Source: Cuniculiplasma divulgatum
Lineage (GTDB): Archaea > Thermoplasmatota > Thermoplasmata > Thermoplasmatales > Thermoplasmataceae
Length of the DNA stretch: 32,000 nt
Direction of reading: 5' to 3'
Assembly: GCF_900083515.1 (NCBI RefSeq)
Contig: NZ_LT671858.1
Location: 1,500,001-1,532,000 of the forward strand
Part shown: positions 1 to 9,461 of the stretch, in pieces
How positions within the stretch are numbered: the first letter of the stretch is position 1
Layout of the letters: the number at the start of each line of letters is the position of its first letter
Notes under the pieces: model-generated
The model's database searches: none
The model's input: the letters and a program-made list of their open reading frames with translations, nothing else
Told to the model about the DNA's origin: nothing
Translations under genes and position numbers: made by a program

Positions 1-180
1 TGCATTTGAGTTACCTTTCTTTGGTTTGGCCTGAATTACGTGTTTCTCCATGAGATTTCTCACGTCTTCTCTGGTTGCTGCCTCCTGTACCAGAGTTAGA
101 CTATCCATATCTACCCATATTCTTGATACACCTGACTTATATTCATCAGCTGCTATCCTTTTAGCTGTTTCTACTCTCAT
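1..180 (-). CDS. rpl19e: 50S ribosomal protein L19e, N-terminal part (gene runs off the left edge)
   Basis: Not in the ORF track. The reverse complement of 1-180 reads MRVETAKRIAADEYKSGVSRIWVDMDSLTLVQEAATREDVRNLMEKHVIQAKPKKGNSNA, the conserved L19e N-terminus. Its ATG (180-178) abuts the L32e stop (183-181), the expected operon position. Confidence 0.85.
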   Translation of the reverse strand, partial: MRVETAKRIAADEYKSGVSRIWVDMDSLTLVQEAATREDVRNLMEKHVIQAKPKKGNSNA

Positions 181-591
181 TTACTGCACCTTCCTGTTCA
201 GCACCCTGATTCCAAGCTCATCGGCTCTTCCCTCAAGGACTTCCCTCTTCTTCCTTCCAACTGTGGACGATATCCTTGCTGCTTCCCTTTCGGGATTGAG
301 CCCTTCTATCTCCTTCAGGTTATGCACCAAAACTTCCATGAAACCGGATGGGTGAAGATACCTTACAGCCTTTGGTCCTCTGTATCCTATATCAACAACA
401 GGTGGCCTTCTCGCGAGATGTTCTCTCATTTTGGAGTGGTAACCCCTTGGCTTTCTGTATTCCTCACCAAACTTCTTGTATCGGAACCATTCCTGTCTTC
501 TGAATTCAACTCTTTTTCTCGCCTGTTCATTCTTCTGTTTCAGCAACTTCTTTTGATCTTTTGACAGATTTGGTTTAAATGAAGATGACAT
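181..591 (-). CDS. rpl32e: 50S ribosomal protein L32e
   Basis: 136-aa ORF with [11 protein letters not shown]...[16 protein letters not shown], typical of L32e. It sits between L6 and L19e, as in archaeal operons. Confidence 0.9.
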   Translation of the reverse strand: MSSSFKPNLSKDQKKLLKQKNEQARKRVEFRRQEWFRYKKFGEEYRKPRGYHSKMREHLARRPPVVDIGYRGPKAVRYLHPSGFMEVLVHNLKEIEGLNPEREAARISSTVGRKKREVLEGRADELGIRVLNRKVQ

Positions 592-1133
592 TATTCCTCA
601 ACCTCCGTTTCTATTGGGAAAATTCCATCCTGGAATATTCTCAGGTCGAACCCCCTAATCTTTGTCGATCTTTCTATGTTTGAACAGGTCTCACCTATTT
701 CTCTCCTGTCTATTCCAGTCAGTGTAATTCTGTCCCCTTTGATGGCTACCTTTGTTGCTCCAATGATCTTTGCCTCTCTTGGGCTCCTTTCTCCAAGGAA
801 ATTCTCAACAAGAAGCACTGAGCCCCTTACAGATACCCTGGTAGGGAAATGCGTGTAATCCACTTTCATGGTGTATGTGAAGCCTTCCTGTACCCCCTTG
901 AACATGTTTTTCACTTCTGATTTCCAGGTGCCTGAAATGGCTTTAGTATATCTGTTCTCTTTTGATTTCTCTATGATAACTGAACCTTCCTTTATCAGTA
1001 CTCTCACATAGTTATCAGCAAAGTTTCTCGTAACCTTTCCAAGTTTACCTGAAACTTCAAGAACTCCATCCTTCATTTCTGTTTTTATTCCGGATGGTAT
1101 TTTTAATTTTTCTGATTCTTTCCAATTAATCAT
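591..1133 (-). CDS. rpl6: 50S ribosomal protein L6
   Basis: 180-aa ORF with a two-domain L6-like sequence ([21 protein letters not shown]...). Operon position is between S8 and L32e, with a 1-nt overlap with L32e. Confidence 0.93.
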   Translation of the reverse strand: MINWKESEKLKIPSGIKTEMKDGVLEVSGKLGKVTRNFADNYVRVLIKEGSVIIEKSKENRYTKAISGTWKSEVKNMFKGVQEGFTYTMKVDYTHFPTRVSVRGSVLLVENFLGERSPREAKIIGATKVAIKGDRITLTGIDRREIGETCSNIERSTKIRGFDLRIFQDGIFPIETEVEE

Positions 1134-1143
1134 TTTCTTTCAC

Positions 1144-1533
1144 CTAATATATGTAAGCGAGGAGTTTTCCTCCAAGTCCGTGTTTTCTGGCTTCTACGTG
1201 GCTCATCACACCCTTTGTGGTCGTCACTATGAGAATACCGAAATCCTGGGCTGGTAGGTATCTTGATTCGAATGTATCAAGATTAACTTTCTTTACTGAG
1301 TATCTCGGCTTTATTGTACCACAGTTATTGATTGTGTTATTTAGATGTATCTTGAATTTGCCTCCCTGGCCATCCTCGATTACCTCAAAGCTTGTAATAT
1401 AATTGTAATCCTGCATAACCTTGAGGACTCTTCCGATCATCCTTGCTGCTGGGCCAACTTCAATCTCTCTCCTGCCTATGCTTGAAGCGTTCTTTATTGT
1501 GTTTATTATATCATTTAATGGATCATGTCTCAT
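1144..1533 (-). CDS. rps8: 30S ribosomal protein S8
   Basis: 129-aa ORF. MRHDPLNDIINTIKNA is the classic S8 N-terminus. Operon position fits. Confidence 0.93.
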   Translation of the reverse strand: MRHDPLNDIINTIKNASSIGRREIEVGPAARMIGRVLKVMQDYNYITSFEVIEDGQGGKFKIHLNNTINNCGTIKPRYSVKKVNLDTFESRYLPAQDFGILIVTTTKGVMSHVEARKHGLGGKLLAYIY

Positions 1534-1542
1534 ATCATCACC

Positions 1543-1704
1543 TCAACTGTATTTCTTAAATCCAATGGCGGGAGCTGTTTCTCTGAAACATTGTCTGCAC
1601 ATTCTGATTCCGTATCTTCTAACCATTCCTCTCTTTCTTCCACACCTTACGCAACCTTCAACTCTACCGAATTTCTTGGTTGGTCTAAGAATTAAACTTG
1701 TCAT
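1543..1704 (-). CDS. rps14: 30S ribosomal protein S14 (zinc-binding type Z)
   Basis: Below the ORF-track length cutoff. The reverse complement reads [53 protein letters not shown], with a CxxC...CxxC zinc knuckle. The ATG overlaps the L5 stop by 1 nt (TAATG). Confidence 0.9.
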   Translation of the reverse strand: MTSLILRPTKKFGRVEGCVRCGRKRGMVRRYGIRMCRQCFRETAPAIGFKKYS

Positions 1705-2225
1705 TAATTAATCACCTCTACCTCAAACTTTTCCTTGAGAAACTTTAACGTTTCTTCTTTGGTTATGAATAATTTTGATGAAAGGTTCTGTTTTCTGATG
1801 TTTCTCTTGGAATTTCTGAAACCACCCCTTCTTTTCAGTACAACAGCCACATCCATTCCAAATATTCCAATTTCCGGGTCATATTTCATTCCCTTGAAAT
1901 CAGTATATTCTGAAACTCCAAAATATGCATTCCCCTGTTTGTCTACAGAATAATGTGGGAATTTGTATTCCCTTGCATACAGTGCCTCCTTAAGGAATTT
2001 CTCTGCATCTGCCTTTCTCAGGGTTACTTTCGCACCTATGGTCAGACCTTTTCTGAGATTAAATTCCCTTACAGTCTTTTTTGATGTTGTCAGTACCGGC
2101 TTATGACCTGTAAGCATTTCTATGACTTTCACGGCCTTGTTCAGCCTGTCACCAGCCTGTCCTACACCTATATTGATAACTACCTTGTCTATGGTGATTT
2201 CTCTCATGGGGTTATCTGTTTTCAC
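1704..2225 (-). CDS. rpl5: 50S ribosomal protein L5
   Basis: 173-aa ORF with [21 protein letters not shown], typical of L5. Operon position fits. Confidence 0.93.
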   Translation of the reverse strand: MKTDNPMREITIDKVVINIGVGQAGDRLNKAVKVIEMLTGHKPVLTTSKKTVREFNLRKGLTIGAKVTLRKADAEKFLKEALYAREYKFPHYSVDKQGNAYFGVSEYTDFKGMKYDPEIGIFGMDVAVVLKRRGGFRNSKRNIRKQNLSSKLFITKEETLKFLKEKFEVEVIN

Positions 2226-2935
2226 TGGCTTTCACCCCCAGTGAACTCTGTACTGTTAAATTTGAGGTTTCCTATAGGAAATACATATTCCTCAATGGTA
2301 GCAAATCCTTCTTCCATTGAAATAAGGTTAGACTGGGATGATTTACTTACCTCTATGGATTTCACAGTTGCTATTGATCCGACGTGATTTCCTCCTGTGA
2401 GGAAAACCTTTGAGCCTTCTTGAAGTTTTATGGTTCCATCAATCTTCTTATCCTTTACATTGTAGAGAACCACGTCACCCGTGGATATGCCCTTGTTATC
2501 ACTAATGAATGTGTATCCATCGTGGCATGCAATCATCGTCTTTCCCCCTTTAATGGTGTATTTGTTTAGAACCTTTCTTGGTTTGACGTTTGAATTCTCT
2601 TCCTTCTCTGGAACTGGTGTTAATCTTCCCAGTTTATCGTAAAGAATCCTGTAACTCTTCTTGAGTTCTGGTATCGTGATAAGGTCCATGAAGCCGGCAG
2701 GATATTTCTTTTCCTTAATTGCTTTTCCATCTACCATCACGAATTTATTATTTAGTAGTCTTGTGATTTCTCTCTCCTTGTCTCCAAGAGATAGGTAATC
2801 TCTCAATACATGTAACATCGGTACAGATGCATTCCTTTTGTGTGGTCCGGGCATTGAAGTTGCTCCCCAGAAATACTTCTTCCTTGGAATTTTTACAACT
2901 CTTGGGATCATCTGCCTTTTAGTTTTATTTATCAT
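2222..2935 (-). CDS. rps4e: 30S ribosomal protein S4e
   Basis: 237-aa ORF with GPHKRNASVPMLHVLRD and a KOW-like central region. It has a 4-nt overlap with L5 and a 1-nt overlap with L24. Confidence 0.93.
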   Translation of the reverse strand: MINKTKRQMIPRVVKIPRKKYFWGATSMPGPHKRNASVPMLHVLRDYLSLGDKEREITRLLNNKFVMVDGKAIKEKKYPAGFMDLITIPELKKSYRILYDKLGRLTPVPEKEENSNVKPRKVLNKYTIKGGKTMIACHDGYTFISDNKGISTGDVVLYNVKDKKIDGTIKLQEGSKVFLTGGNHVGSIATVKSIEVSKSSQSNLISMEEGFATIEEYVFPIGNLKFNSTEFTGGESQ

Positions 2936-3489
2936 TACTGTTCATCTCCTTCATCTTCTTCTGGATCTTTTTGCTCATCCTCATCTTTTTCCTCGTTTTC
3001 CTCTTCAGGTAACTCCTCTTCACTGAGGTTGTCTGGGATTTCACTTTCCTCTTCTGGCTCTTCTTCGGATACTTTTTCCGTCTGAGACTCAGTAGTTTCA
3101 TCCTGTGGCTGCTCAATCTCCTCCTGAGCTTCAGGTTCATTCTTGGTAGAGTATTCTTCCAGTACCTGATCGTTGAGAACAATGTTCTTCATTGCTGCAA
3201 GTTCTCTTATTCTTTCTGACCTTTCTTCCATATTGAGGTCGAGTTTTGTTATTTCTATTTTTTCTGGCTGTATTGGGAATGACTTTTCCTTTCCATCAGC
3301 CTTTGCAATATTTATTCCATCAATTATTACAAGTGAGTGCCTGTGGTCGACTGATGAAACTTTTCCACCTTCTCCTCTCCTGCTCCCCTTAATTATCTTA
3401 ACTATATCTCCTCTCATTATGGGAAACTGTCTAATTCCGAGTTTTTTCCTGAGGTCTTTTTCCAGTGTTACCTTTACCTTATTCATCAT
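2935..3489 (-). CDS. rpl24: 50S ribosomal protein L24 with a long acidic C-terminal extension
   Basis: The KOW motif GDIVKIIKGSRRGEGGKV is present. I trimmed the track ORF (to 3540) to the ATG at 3489, which has GGTGA 7 nt upstream and lies after the L14 stop (3501). The C-terminal ~70 aa are E/D-rich low complexity. Confidence 0.9.
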   Translation of the reverse strand: MMNKVKVTLEKDLRKKLGIRQFPIMRGDIVKIIKGSRRGEGGKVSSVDHRHSLVIIDGINIAKADGKEKSFPIQPEKIEITKLDLNMEERSERIRELAAMKNIVLNDQVLEEYSTKNEPEAQEEIEQPQDETTESQTEKVSEEEPEEESEIPDNLSEEELPEEENEEKDEDEQKDPEEDEGDEQ

Positions 3490-3500
3490 CTTCTTTTCAC

Positions 3501-3899
3501 CTAAACTATAGTGGATGCAATGGCGGCTATCCTTGGCCATCTTTCGGCTGCTTCCCTGGCCACTGGTCCCTTTATTTCTGATCCTCTTACTTCACCATCA
3601 GGTGTTACCAGTACGGCTGCATTTTCCTCAAATGAAATAATTGAGCCATCTGCTCTTCTATAGGGCCGCTTCTGTCTTATCACCACTGCGTAAACAACCT
3701 TTGCCCTAACGTCTGGACCTCCTTTTTTAACGCTTGCTATAAACATGTCACCAACACCTGCTGCTGGAACCCTTCTTGCGACTCCGTGCCATGCTTTTAC
3801 ATTAATTAGACTTACAATTTTGGCACCGCTATTATCTGCGCATACCATTCGTGCTCCAAGTGGTAATCCTCTTGACTGCCTTCCGGCTATACCCTTCAT
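3501..3899 (-). CDS. rpl14: 50S ribosomal protein L14
   Basis: The start MKGIAGRQSRGLPLGARMVCADNSGAK is the canonical L14 N-terminus. The ATG at 3899 forms an ATGA overlap with the S17 stop. The longer track ORF (to 3953) would overlap S17. Confidence 0.93.
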   Translation of the reverse strand: MKGIAGRQSRGLPLGARMVCADNSGAKIVSLINVKAWHGVARRVPAAGVGDMFIASVKKGGPDVRAKVVYAVVIRQKRPYRRADGSIISFEENAAVLVTPDGEVRGSEIKGPVAREAAERWPRIAAIASTIV

Positions 3900-4222
3900 T
3901 GATCCAGCCTCCCTACAACAACGTGCGATATTGTCTTTGCAAGTTTCCTGCATTCCGTGAAGAGAACTCTATCTCCGTTCTTCACCTCAATACAGGGAGG
4001 TAGGTGTACATGATAGCTCGATATGGATTTTATATTTCTCTCATACTTTGAGTTGAATTTCTTAAATTCTCTCCTTACTACCACACTGTTTACCATTCCC
4101 TTTGAAACAACTGTGCCTATGATTACTCTTCCCCTTACACTCAGATTTGAGTGGTACGGACATTTCTTATCTTCACACTGCTTTTCCGGTGGTGCAATGT
4201 CAAGTCCTATGTTTCTTGTCAT
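3896..4222 (-). CDS. rps17: 30S ribosomal protein S17
   Basis: 108-aa ORF with KKCPYHSNLSVRGRVIIGTVVS, typical of archaeal S17. Operon position fits. Confidence 0.93.
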   Translation of the reverse strand: MTRNIGLDIAPPEKQCEDKKCPYHSNLSVRGRVIIGTVVSKGMVNSVVVRREFKKFNSKYERNIKSISSYHVHLPPCIEVKNGDRVLFTECRKLAKTISHVVVGRLDQ

Positions 4223-4513
4223 TTAGTTCATCCTCCTTAAATTTTTATTGATCTTCCTCAGTTCCTTAAGTCGATTTTCAGGTCTGTATCGAATCAGGTT
4301 TCCCTTTATCAGATAATTAGTTCCTTCCACATTTACGTTGAAATCACATGAATCCTTTGGTATTTGCCTCACCATGTCAGATGTTTCTATGGAGAACATA
4401 TTCTTTGTCTCCTTGACCACGATTCCCGTGACTCCCAGAAGTTGTCTGTTTTTTGAATTTAGTACAGTTATTTTTCTTCCGAGATATTCTTCTCCGTAAA
4501 TGTTATAGACCAT
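4223..4513 (-). CDS. rnp1: RNase P protein component 1 (Rpp29/Pop4-like)
   Basis: 96-aa ORF with LLGVTGIVVKETKNMFSIET, the Rpp29 barrel motif. It occupies the usual euryarchaeal position between SUI1/L29 and S17. Confidence 0.8.
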   Translation of the reverse strand: MVYNIYGEEYLGRKITVLNSKNRQLLGVTGIVVKETKNMFSIETSDMVRQIPKDSCDFNVNVEGTNYLIKGNLIRYRPENRLKELRKINKNLRRMN

Positions 4514-4815
4514 TATCCTACAACCTCCGTTTTGAATCCGATACTTTCAAGATACTTCTTTACAGAATCCCTGTGATCGCCCTGTAATTCGATAATCCTG
4601 CCTTCCTTTACAGTTCCCCCCGAAGCAACTTTCCTTTTCAGCTGTTTCGCTATATCATCAACATCTTCCATCTTCGGATCAATACCCTCAATGATGGTCA
4701 CGTTTTTGCCATATCTTCTTTTATCAACTGTTATTCTTACTGCCATGGTATCTCTGGTAAATCCATCCCATGGCTGCAGTTCCTTTGGGATTCCTGTAAA
4801 GTTCTTATCCTTCAT
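4513..4815 (-). CDS. sui1: Translation initiation factor SUI1 (aSUI1/eIF1)
   Basis: 100-aa ORF with RITVDKRRYGKNVTIIEGID...KRKVASGGTVKEGRIIELQGDHR, the SUI1 fold signature. Confidence 0.9.
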   Translation of the reverse strand: MKDKNFTGIPKELQPWDGFTRDTMAVRITVDKRRYGKNVTIIEGIDPKMEDVDDIAKQLKRKVASGGTVKEGRIIELQGDHRDSVKKYLESIGFKTEVVG

Positions 4816-5018
4816 CTTTTAGTTTCCTCCTCGTGATCGACTGTTCGTATCCTGGCGATTTGGCGCCTTATGGACTTTATCAATCCTGGATTCAAAGGTG
4901 ATCCTCCCATGGCGACACTTGCCCTCTGTCTAAGAAGATTCTCCTTGAGCTCCTTCATTCTTTCGTCTCTCTCGTCCTTATTCATTTTTCTCAACTGGTC
5001 CGGCTTCAATTCCGACAT
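4812..5018 (-). CDS. rpl29: 50S ribosomal protein L29
   Basis: 68-aa ORF with [29 protein letters not shown], typical of L29. It overlaps the S3 3' end by 41 nt. Confidence 0.88.
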   Translation of the reverse strand: MSELKPDQLRKMNKDERDERMKELKENLLRQRASVAMGGSPLNPGLIKSIRRQIARIRTVDHEEETKR

Positions 5019-5640
5019 TTTCTGTGTTCACCTCCTTCATTACTAAATTTGAGTTGTTTACCTTTATATCATCTGGAAGCTTGTAGTCCCAGTTCAGTAT
5101 TCTGACAGAAACCCCTATGATTCCAAGTTTCAGCTTTGCTGTTGAGAAACCATATTCTATACCACTTCTTGCAGGTTCACCAGAGTACTTTATCGAACCA
5201 AAGAAGAATTTTTGGCTTCTGGCTCTTTCACCGGATATCTTTCCACCGATCTTGATCATTACACCCCTTGCATTGCTTTCAATAATTCTTCTCAGTGCAG
5301 TGTTTCCTGCCTTTCTGTAGGCCCATCCTTTCTCAAGAGACATTGCAATCTTCTTTGAAACGATCTGCGGATTAAGGTCAGGGTTCTTTACCTCCTTGAC
5401 TTCTATCCTTGGGCCTTCAATTTTGAATCTATTCTTTAGTGTCTCTTCAATCTCCTGAACCTTTGATCCCCTTCTGCCTATGACAAGACCCGGTTTGTTT
5501 ACCACTAGCTGTATTGATGTATCAAGAAGATTTCTCTTCATTTCAATTCCACCGAAGCCAGCACTGTCCGTTTCTTTCCTGACATATTCTGAAACGAGAA
5601 GTCTTTTTATACTTTCGTTAATGAACTTTCTCTCTTTCAT
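4978..5640 (-). CDS. rps3: 30S ribosomal protein S3
   Basis: 220-aa ORF with the KH-domain motif [15 protein letters not shown]. Operon position fits. Confidence 0.93.
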   Translation of the reverse strand: MKERKFINESIKRLLVSEYVRKETDSAGFGGIEMKRNLLDTSIQLVVNKPGLVIGRRGSKVQEIEETLKNRFKIEGPRIEVKEVKNPDLNPQIVSKKIAMSLEKGWAYRKAGNTALRRIIESNARGVMIKIGGKISGERARSQKFFFGSIKYSGEPARSGIEYGFSTAKLKLGIIGVSVRILNWDYKLPDDIKVNNSNLVMKEVNTENVGIEAGPVEKNE

Positions 5641-6086
5641 TCTTCAACCTCCTCTACAACAATGGAGAGATGAACCATATCCCTGTTGTTCGCACCAGCT
5701 CTCCCATATGCCTTAGGTGTGAATCTCTTCAGCATTGGTCCTTTATTTGCTGTTATTAAGCTTATCCTTAGTGAGTCCGTATCAAGCCCCTTGAATTCCG
5801 CATTAGCTTTCACGTTATCTATCAGTGTTTTGAATTGCTTGACTGCTCTGACAGGGTATCTACCAGGACCATATCCCTTCCTGTGTGATACTGAATCCAG
5901 ATATCTAAAATATTTTATTGGTCTCTGCTTGTTCATTACATCATCTAGAAGTGCCTCTGCTTTTGAGAGGTTCATTCCTTTCAGATTATGTGCTATATTT
6001 ACTGCATCCTTCAGGGAGATGTTACAGTTCTTCCTTATGGATCTGGCAGATTTTTCCGGTATTTCATTTAATGAGTATCCTTTCAT
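5637..6086 (-). CDS. rpl22: 50S ribosomal protein L22
   Basis: 149-aa ORF with an L22-like sequence ([14 protein letters not shown]...GPGRYPVRA). It has a 4-nt overlap with S3. Confidence 0.92.
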   Translation of the reverse strand: MKGYSLNEIPEKSARSIRKNCNISLKDAVNIAHNLKGMNLSKAEALLDDVMNKQRPIKYFRYLDSVSHRKGYGPGRYPVRAVKQFKTLIDNVKANAEFKGLDTDSLRISLITANKGPMLKRFTPKAYGRAGANNRDMVHLSIVVEEVEE

Positions 6087-6092
6087 TTTAAA

Positions 6093-6548
6093 TCACTTCA
6101 GTGGCATGAACTTTGAAGACCTTGTTGCACCTACTCCTGGTCCAGAGTGCTTTACTTCTCCCCTTGTTAATGCGAATTCTCCTACATAATGTCCAATCAT
6201 TTCAGCTTTAAGTTCGAATTTTACGTAACTTTTACCGTTGTGAACGTGCACTATCTTTCCAACATATCTTGGAAGAATTATGAGATCCCTTACATGTGTC
6301 CTGATTTCAGGTTTCTTTCCAAGTAGTCTCTTTACTACTATCTTTTGATCTGGCCCCATTTCTCTTTTTAAGCTTCTTCTTACTCTTGCTGGAAACACTT
6401 CCATGAGCTTTTCCTTGTCCATTTTCTGGAGCTCTTCCAGTGTATAACCCTTGTATTTGAATTCCTTGGATCTGCCCATGGCAACTTTCTGGGACTTCCT
6501 GCTCCTCCTTCTTATGGACTTCGCTGATGCCTGTCTATTTGTGGTCAT
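6093..6548 (-). CDS. rps19: 30S ribosomal protein S19
   Basis: Contains [16 protein letters not shown]...HVHNGKSYV...[11 protein letters not shown]. The ATG at 6548 forms an ATGA overlap with the L2 stop. An alternative start at 6479 (MGRSKEF...) would remove a basic 23-aa N-terminal extension. Confidence 0.9.
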   Translation of the reverse strand: MTTNRQASAKSIRRRSRKSQKVAMGRSKEFKYKGYTLEELQKMDKEKLMEVFPARVRRSLKREMGPDQKIVVKRLLGKKPEIRTHVRDLIILPRYVGKIVHVHNGKSYVKFELKAEMIGHYVGEFALTRGEVKHSGPGVGATRSSKFMPLK

Positions 6549-7240
6549 TTAATCTTCCTCCTTTTAGGTGATAATCTTCCTACTTTCCTTCCTGGTGGTG
6601 TACCCCTTCCAACTGTGCTTGGTCTACCAACGTGCTGATGATTTCCTCCTCCATGAGGATGATTCACCGCATTCATTGCAACACCTCTTACAGTATAGGC
6701 CTTTTTAGCCTTGCTCTGAAGATAGTGTATGTGCCTTCCAGCCTTTAGGATTGGAATATCTTTCGCTCCTGTACCAGCAACAACTCCTACTGTTGCTCTG
6801 CACTGTGGATTCACATTCTTTATAGCTCCTGACGGCAATTTTATTGAAACAAATTCCCCGTGACTTATTACCTGAGAGTAGGCACCTGCAGTCCTGCAGA
6901 GTTTTCCTCCATCACCCGGTACTGTTTCTATGTTATGAACCAGAGAGCCGTCTGGAATAAATCCAAGGTAAGTAGAATCCCCACTTTTGGGATTTTCTAT
7001 TTTACCTATGTTAACTGTCTGGTCAACGTATGCACCGTTGAATGCTATTTGGTACAGTTTTTTCTTGTTAGTACCATCAAGGACCAGAACTGGTGACGTC
7101 CTGCCCGGGGCGTGAATAATATCTTTTATTTTGTAATTTCCGTCCTCGGGTATTCTCATTGGGCTCACATGTCTATGCCCAGGACTCCTGAACACCAGTT
7201 TGCCCTTTCCTCTTCTCTGTGTTATTAATAGTTTACCCAT
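6545..7240 (-). CDS. rpl2: 50S ribosomal protein L2
   Basis: 231-aa ORF with [25 protein letters not shown], the L2 signature. Confidence 0.95.
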   Translation of the reverse strand: MGKLLITQRRGKGKLVFRSPGHRHVSPMRIPEDGNYKIKDIIHAPGRTSPVLVLDGTNKKKLYQIAFNGAYVDQTVNIGKIENPKSGDSTYLGFIPDGSLVHNIETVPGDGGKLCRTAGAYSQVISHGEFVSIKLPSGAIKNVNPQCRATVGVVAGTGAKDIPILKAGRHIHYLQSKAKKAYTVRGVAMNAVNHPHGGGNHQHVGRPSTVGRGTPPGRKVGRLSPKRRKIK

Positions 7241-7249
7241 TTTAATACC

Positions 7250-7507
7250 TCAGTAAATTCCTATCCTCTCTCCAATCTCTTCAGCATTAAACTCTGGAGC
7301 AAGTTTAATCACTGCTTTTTTTCCTCTCTTTGTGTAGAGAACATTTATTTTTTCAACCTTTACATTGAACTGTTTCTCCACATCTTCTTTTATTTGTTTC
7401 TTTGTTGCCTTCCTGCTAACTATAAACGTAAGTTTGTTTTCAGTCTGACTTTGTATCATGGTTTTTTCTGTCGCAGTTGGTGAAATAATAACGTCTTCCA
7501 TCTTCAT
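7250..7507 (-). CDS. rpl23: 50S ribosomal protein L23
   Basis: 85-aa ORF with PTATEKTM...NKLTFIVSRKATKKQIKEDVEKQFNVKV, typical of L23. Confidence 0.9.
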   Translation of the reverse strand: MKMEDVIISPTATEKTMIQSQTENKLTFIVSRKATKKQIKEDVEKQFNVKVEKINVLYTKRGKKAVIKLAPEFNAEEIGERIGIY

Positions 7508-8259
7508 TCTACCCCCATATTCTTAATTGAGCTTTCGGTAAAAAGGATCAGTCTTCCTCCTTTTCCTCCTGGAGCGAGTTTTGATATTGAAATATTTTTA
7601 CAGTGCGATACCTCAACTCCTGGAAGAGATTTAAAAGCTGTAAGATGCATTGGAGAGTCTGTTACAATAAGAATGCTCTTTGGTGTCCTGTACGTCCTGT
7701 TCCTCATTGTACCTCTGCCAGCCCTGATCTTTGTTCTGTCCTTCGCCCTTTCTATATCGTCCCATACACCAAGAGACTGAAGGAAATTTCTTGCCTCCCT
7801 TGTCTTTCTAATATTGTTAATATCATCATTAACAACAACAGGGAAGGTAAGTTCTTCAGAAAACATGTGACCTCTTTTCCTTACCATGTCAGCATTTGCA
7901 GCCATGGTCAATGCGGTTTTCCATGCTATCTCTTTTTCTTTCTTGTTTATCTTTAGTTTGAGTACCTTCTCTGCTCTTGGAGAATGTGGACTTCTACCTC
8001 CCTTTGTGCTTCCGAGTAATACTGCCCTTGAACTTCCGGATACTCTGGGCATTCTAGAAATACCCATTCCTGGCCCTGATGTATGCCCAACTCTCCTCAG
8101 TCCTGCATTGGGTGAGGAGCCGTAGGGCTTTCTGTATGAAAGTGTTACTGCTCTGAAAGCCTTCTGCATTATATCTTCTCTTAACTCAGACTGGAAAATT
8201 TGAGGTACCTCTACCTCGTGATCAACCTTTCCTTCCATATTGTAAACTGATGTTTTCAT
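7504..8259 (-). CDS. rpl4: 50S ribosomal protein L4
   Basis: 251-aa ORF with an archaeal L4 sequence (GHTSGPGMGISRMPR...). It has a 4-nt overlap with L23. Confidence 0.93.
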   Translation of the reverse strand: MKTSVYNMEGKVDHEVEVPQIFQSELREDIMQKAFRAVTLSYRKPYGSSPNAGLRRVGHTSGPGMGISRMPRVSGSSRAVLLGSTKGGRSPHSPRAEKVLKLKINKKEKEIAWKTALTMAANADMVRKRGHMFSEELTFPVVVNDDINNIRKTREARNFLQSLGVWDDIERAKDRTKIRAGRGTMRNRTYRTPKSILIVTDSPMHLTAFKSLPGVEVSHCKNISISKLAPGGKGGRLILFTESSIKNMGVE

Positions 8260-8261
8260 TT

Positions 8262-9251
8262 TTAATCACCCTGCTTGGATTCCCTGGATATATATGCAAC
8301 TTCCAGATTCTCAACAGATGGAGATTTCTGCCTTGATGGATCCCTGAATTTAATTAACCTCTTTATTGGACCTGGAACTGAACCGTGAATCAATACATAA
8401 TTTGTTCTAACCAATCCGTAGTTTACAAATCCTCCTTTAACGTTGATATCATCCTGACCCTGGGATTTGGCATATTTTATGATCCTCATGTTCTGCTGCG
8501 TCCTCTGGTGCGATCCCATTTGTCCTGCCTGAGGAACCTGCCATCTTATCCAGTCTGGGTGCCATGGACCCAGTGTTCCTATCATTCTTCTGTGATTTCT
8601 ATTTTTTGTTGGAAGAAGTTTGACTCCAAATCTCTCAACGTGACCTGTGAATCCCTTTCCCTTGGTCACTGATATAACATCCACAAAGTTTCCTGGTTTT
8701 GAAAAGTCTGTAAATTCTATTTCTTTTCCCAGTTTTTCAGTGGCATATTTGATTCTGGCGTCTACTGTTGAACCCCCAATTCTGGCTTCATAAATATCAG
8801 GTATTTTCTTTGGAACCCCTGTGATAAGCCATGGCTGAAGCATCAGCATAACTCTAACTTCTGTGAGATCCTGTGGAATTTCTCTTTCGTTTTTCTTTTT
8901 TACCTCTGGAATTACTTCAAAAATCTCCTTATCCAGATTGTCTGCCCACTTTTCATAGGTTACTCTTAATCCGTCTTCGGTTTCAGAATATCCCCTGACA
9001 CAAACTACCTTTGCTGGTGGTACCTCAACTACTGTTACAGCAGCCATTATATTTCTTCCTGCTGTTGTACTACTCTTTCTGTAATCTACCATCTCAACAT
9101 GTGTCATACCAACCTTGTAGCCTCCAAAAGATTGGATTTTAACATTTCCCTCAATCTCTGGCCAGCTTCTGATTGTAGACTTTAAGCTAGGCTTTCTCTT
9201 TCTGTGATAGTATCCAATAGATCCTCTTCTAGGATGATGTGGTGTTGCCAT
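8262..9251 (-). CDS. rpl3: 50S ribosomal protein L3 (first gene of the operon)
   Basis: The start MATPHHPRRGSIGYY is the canonical archaeal L3 N-terminus. The ATG at 9251 is preceded by AGAGGTGAAA. The 13 extra codons in the track ORF (to 9290) lack support. Confidence 0.93.
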   Translation of the reverse strand: MATPHHPRRGSIGYYHRKRKPSLKSTIRSWPEIEGNVKIQSFGGYKVGMTHVEMVDYRKSSTTAGRNIMAAVTVVEVPPAKVVCVRGYSETEDGLRVTYEKWADNLDKEIFEVIPEVKKKNEREIPQDLTEVRVMLMLQPWLITGVPKKIPDIYEARIGGSTVDARIKYATEKLGKEIEFTDFSKPGNFVDVISVTKGKGFTGHVERFGVKLLPTKNRNHRRMIGTLGPWHPDWIRWQVPQAGQMGSHQRTQQNMRIIKYAKSQGQDDINVKGGFVNYGLVRTNYVLIHGSVPGPIKRLIKFRDPSRQKSPSVENLEVAYISRESKQGD

Positions 9252-9461
9252 ATTTTTTTCACCTCTACCGTTACACCTGTTTTGCAACAAAAATTTTTGT
9301 GCTCAACTGTGGATGCGTTAACATTGCCACTGGTGTATGGTCTGTTCTTTCAGATAATGTAAGACCGTATTTAAAGATTTATTAATTCCTTTTCGTTCTA
9401 TGGATTGTTAAGCATGGTGCACTGGTATATATTATGGTAGATAGTCATACTTTTTGGAAAC

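Noticed and set aside
2925-3182. A minus-strand 85-aa K/R-rich ORF (…KKYPKKSQKRKVKSQ…).
   Set aside because: It is an alternative frame of the GAA/GAG-rich acidic tail of L24, so it is a frame-shifted shadow of low-complexity DNA.
50-9290. Many plus-strand ORFs of 60-167 aa across the ribosomal-protein operon, such as 50-355, 322-564, 1421-1711, 3173-3511, 5686-6189 and 7603-7956.
   Set aside because: They all lie antisense to strongly supported ribosomal-protein genes. Their composition is low-complexity and L/S/F-rich, and they have no start context. They are shadow ORFs.
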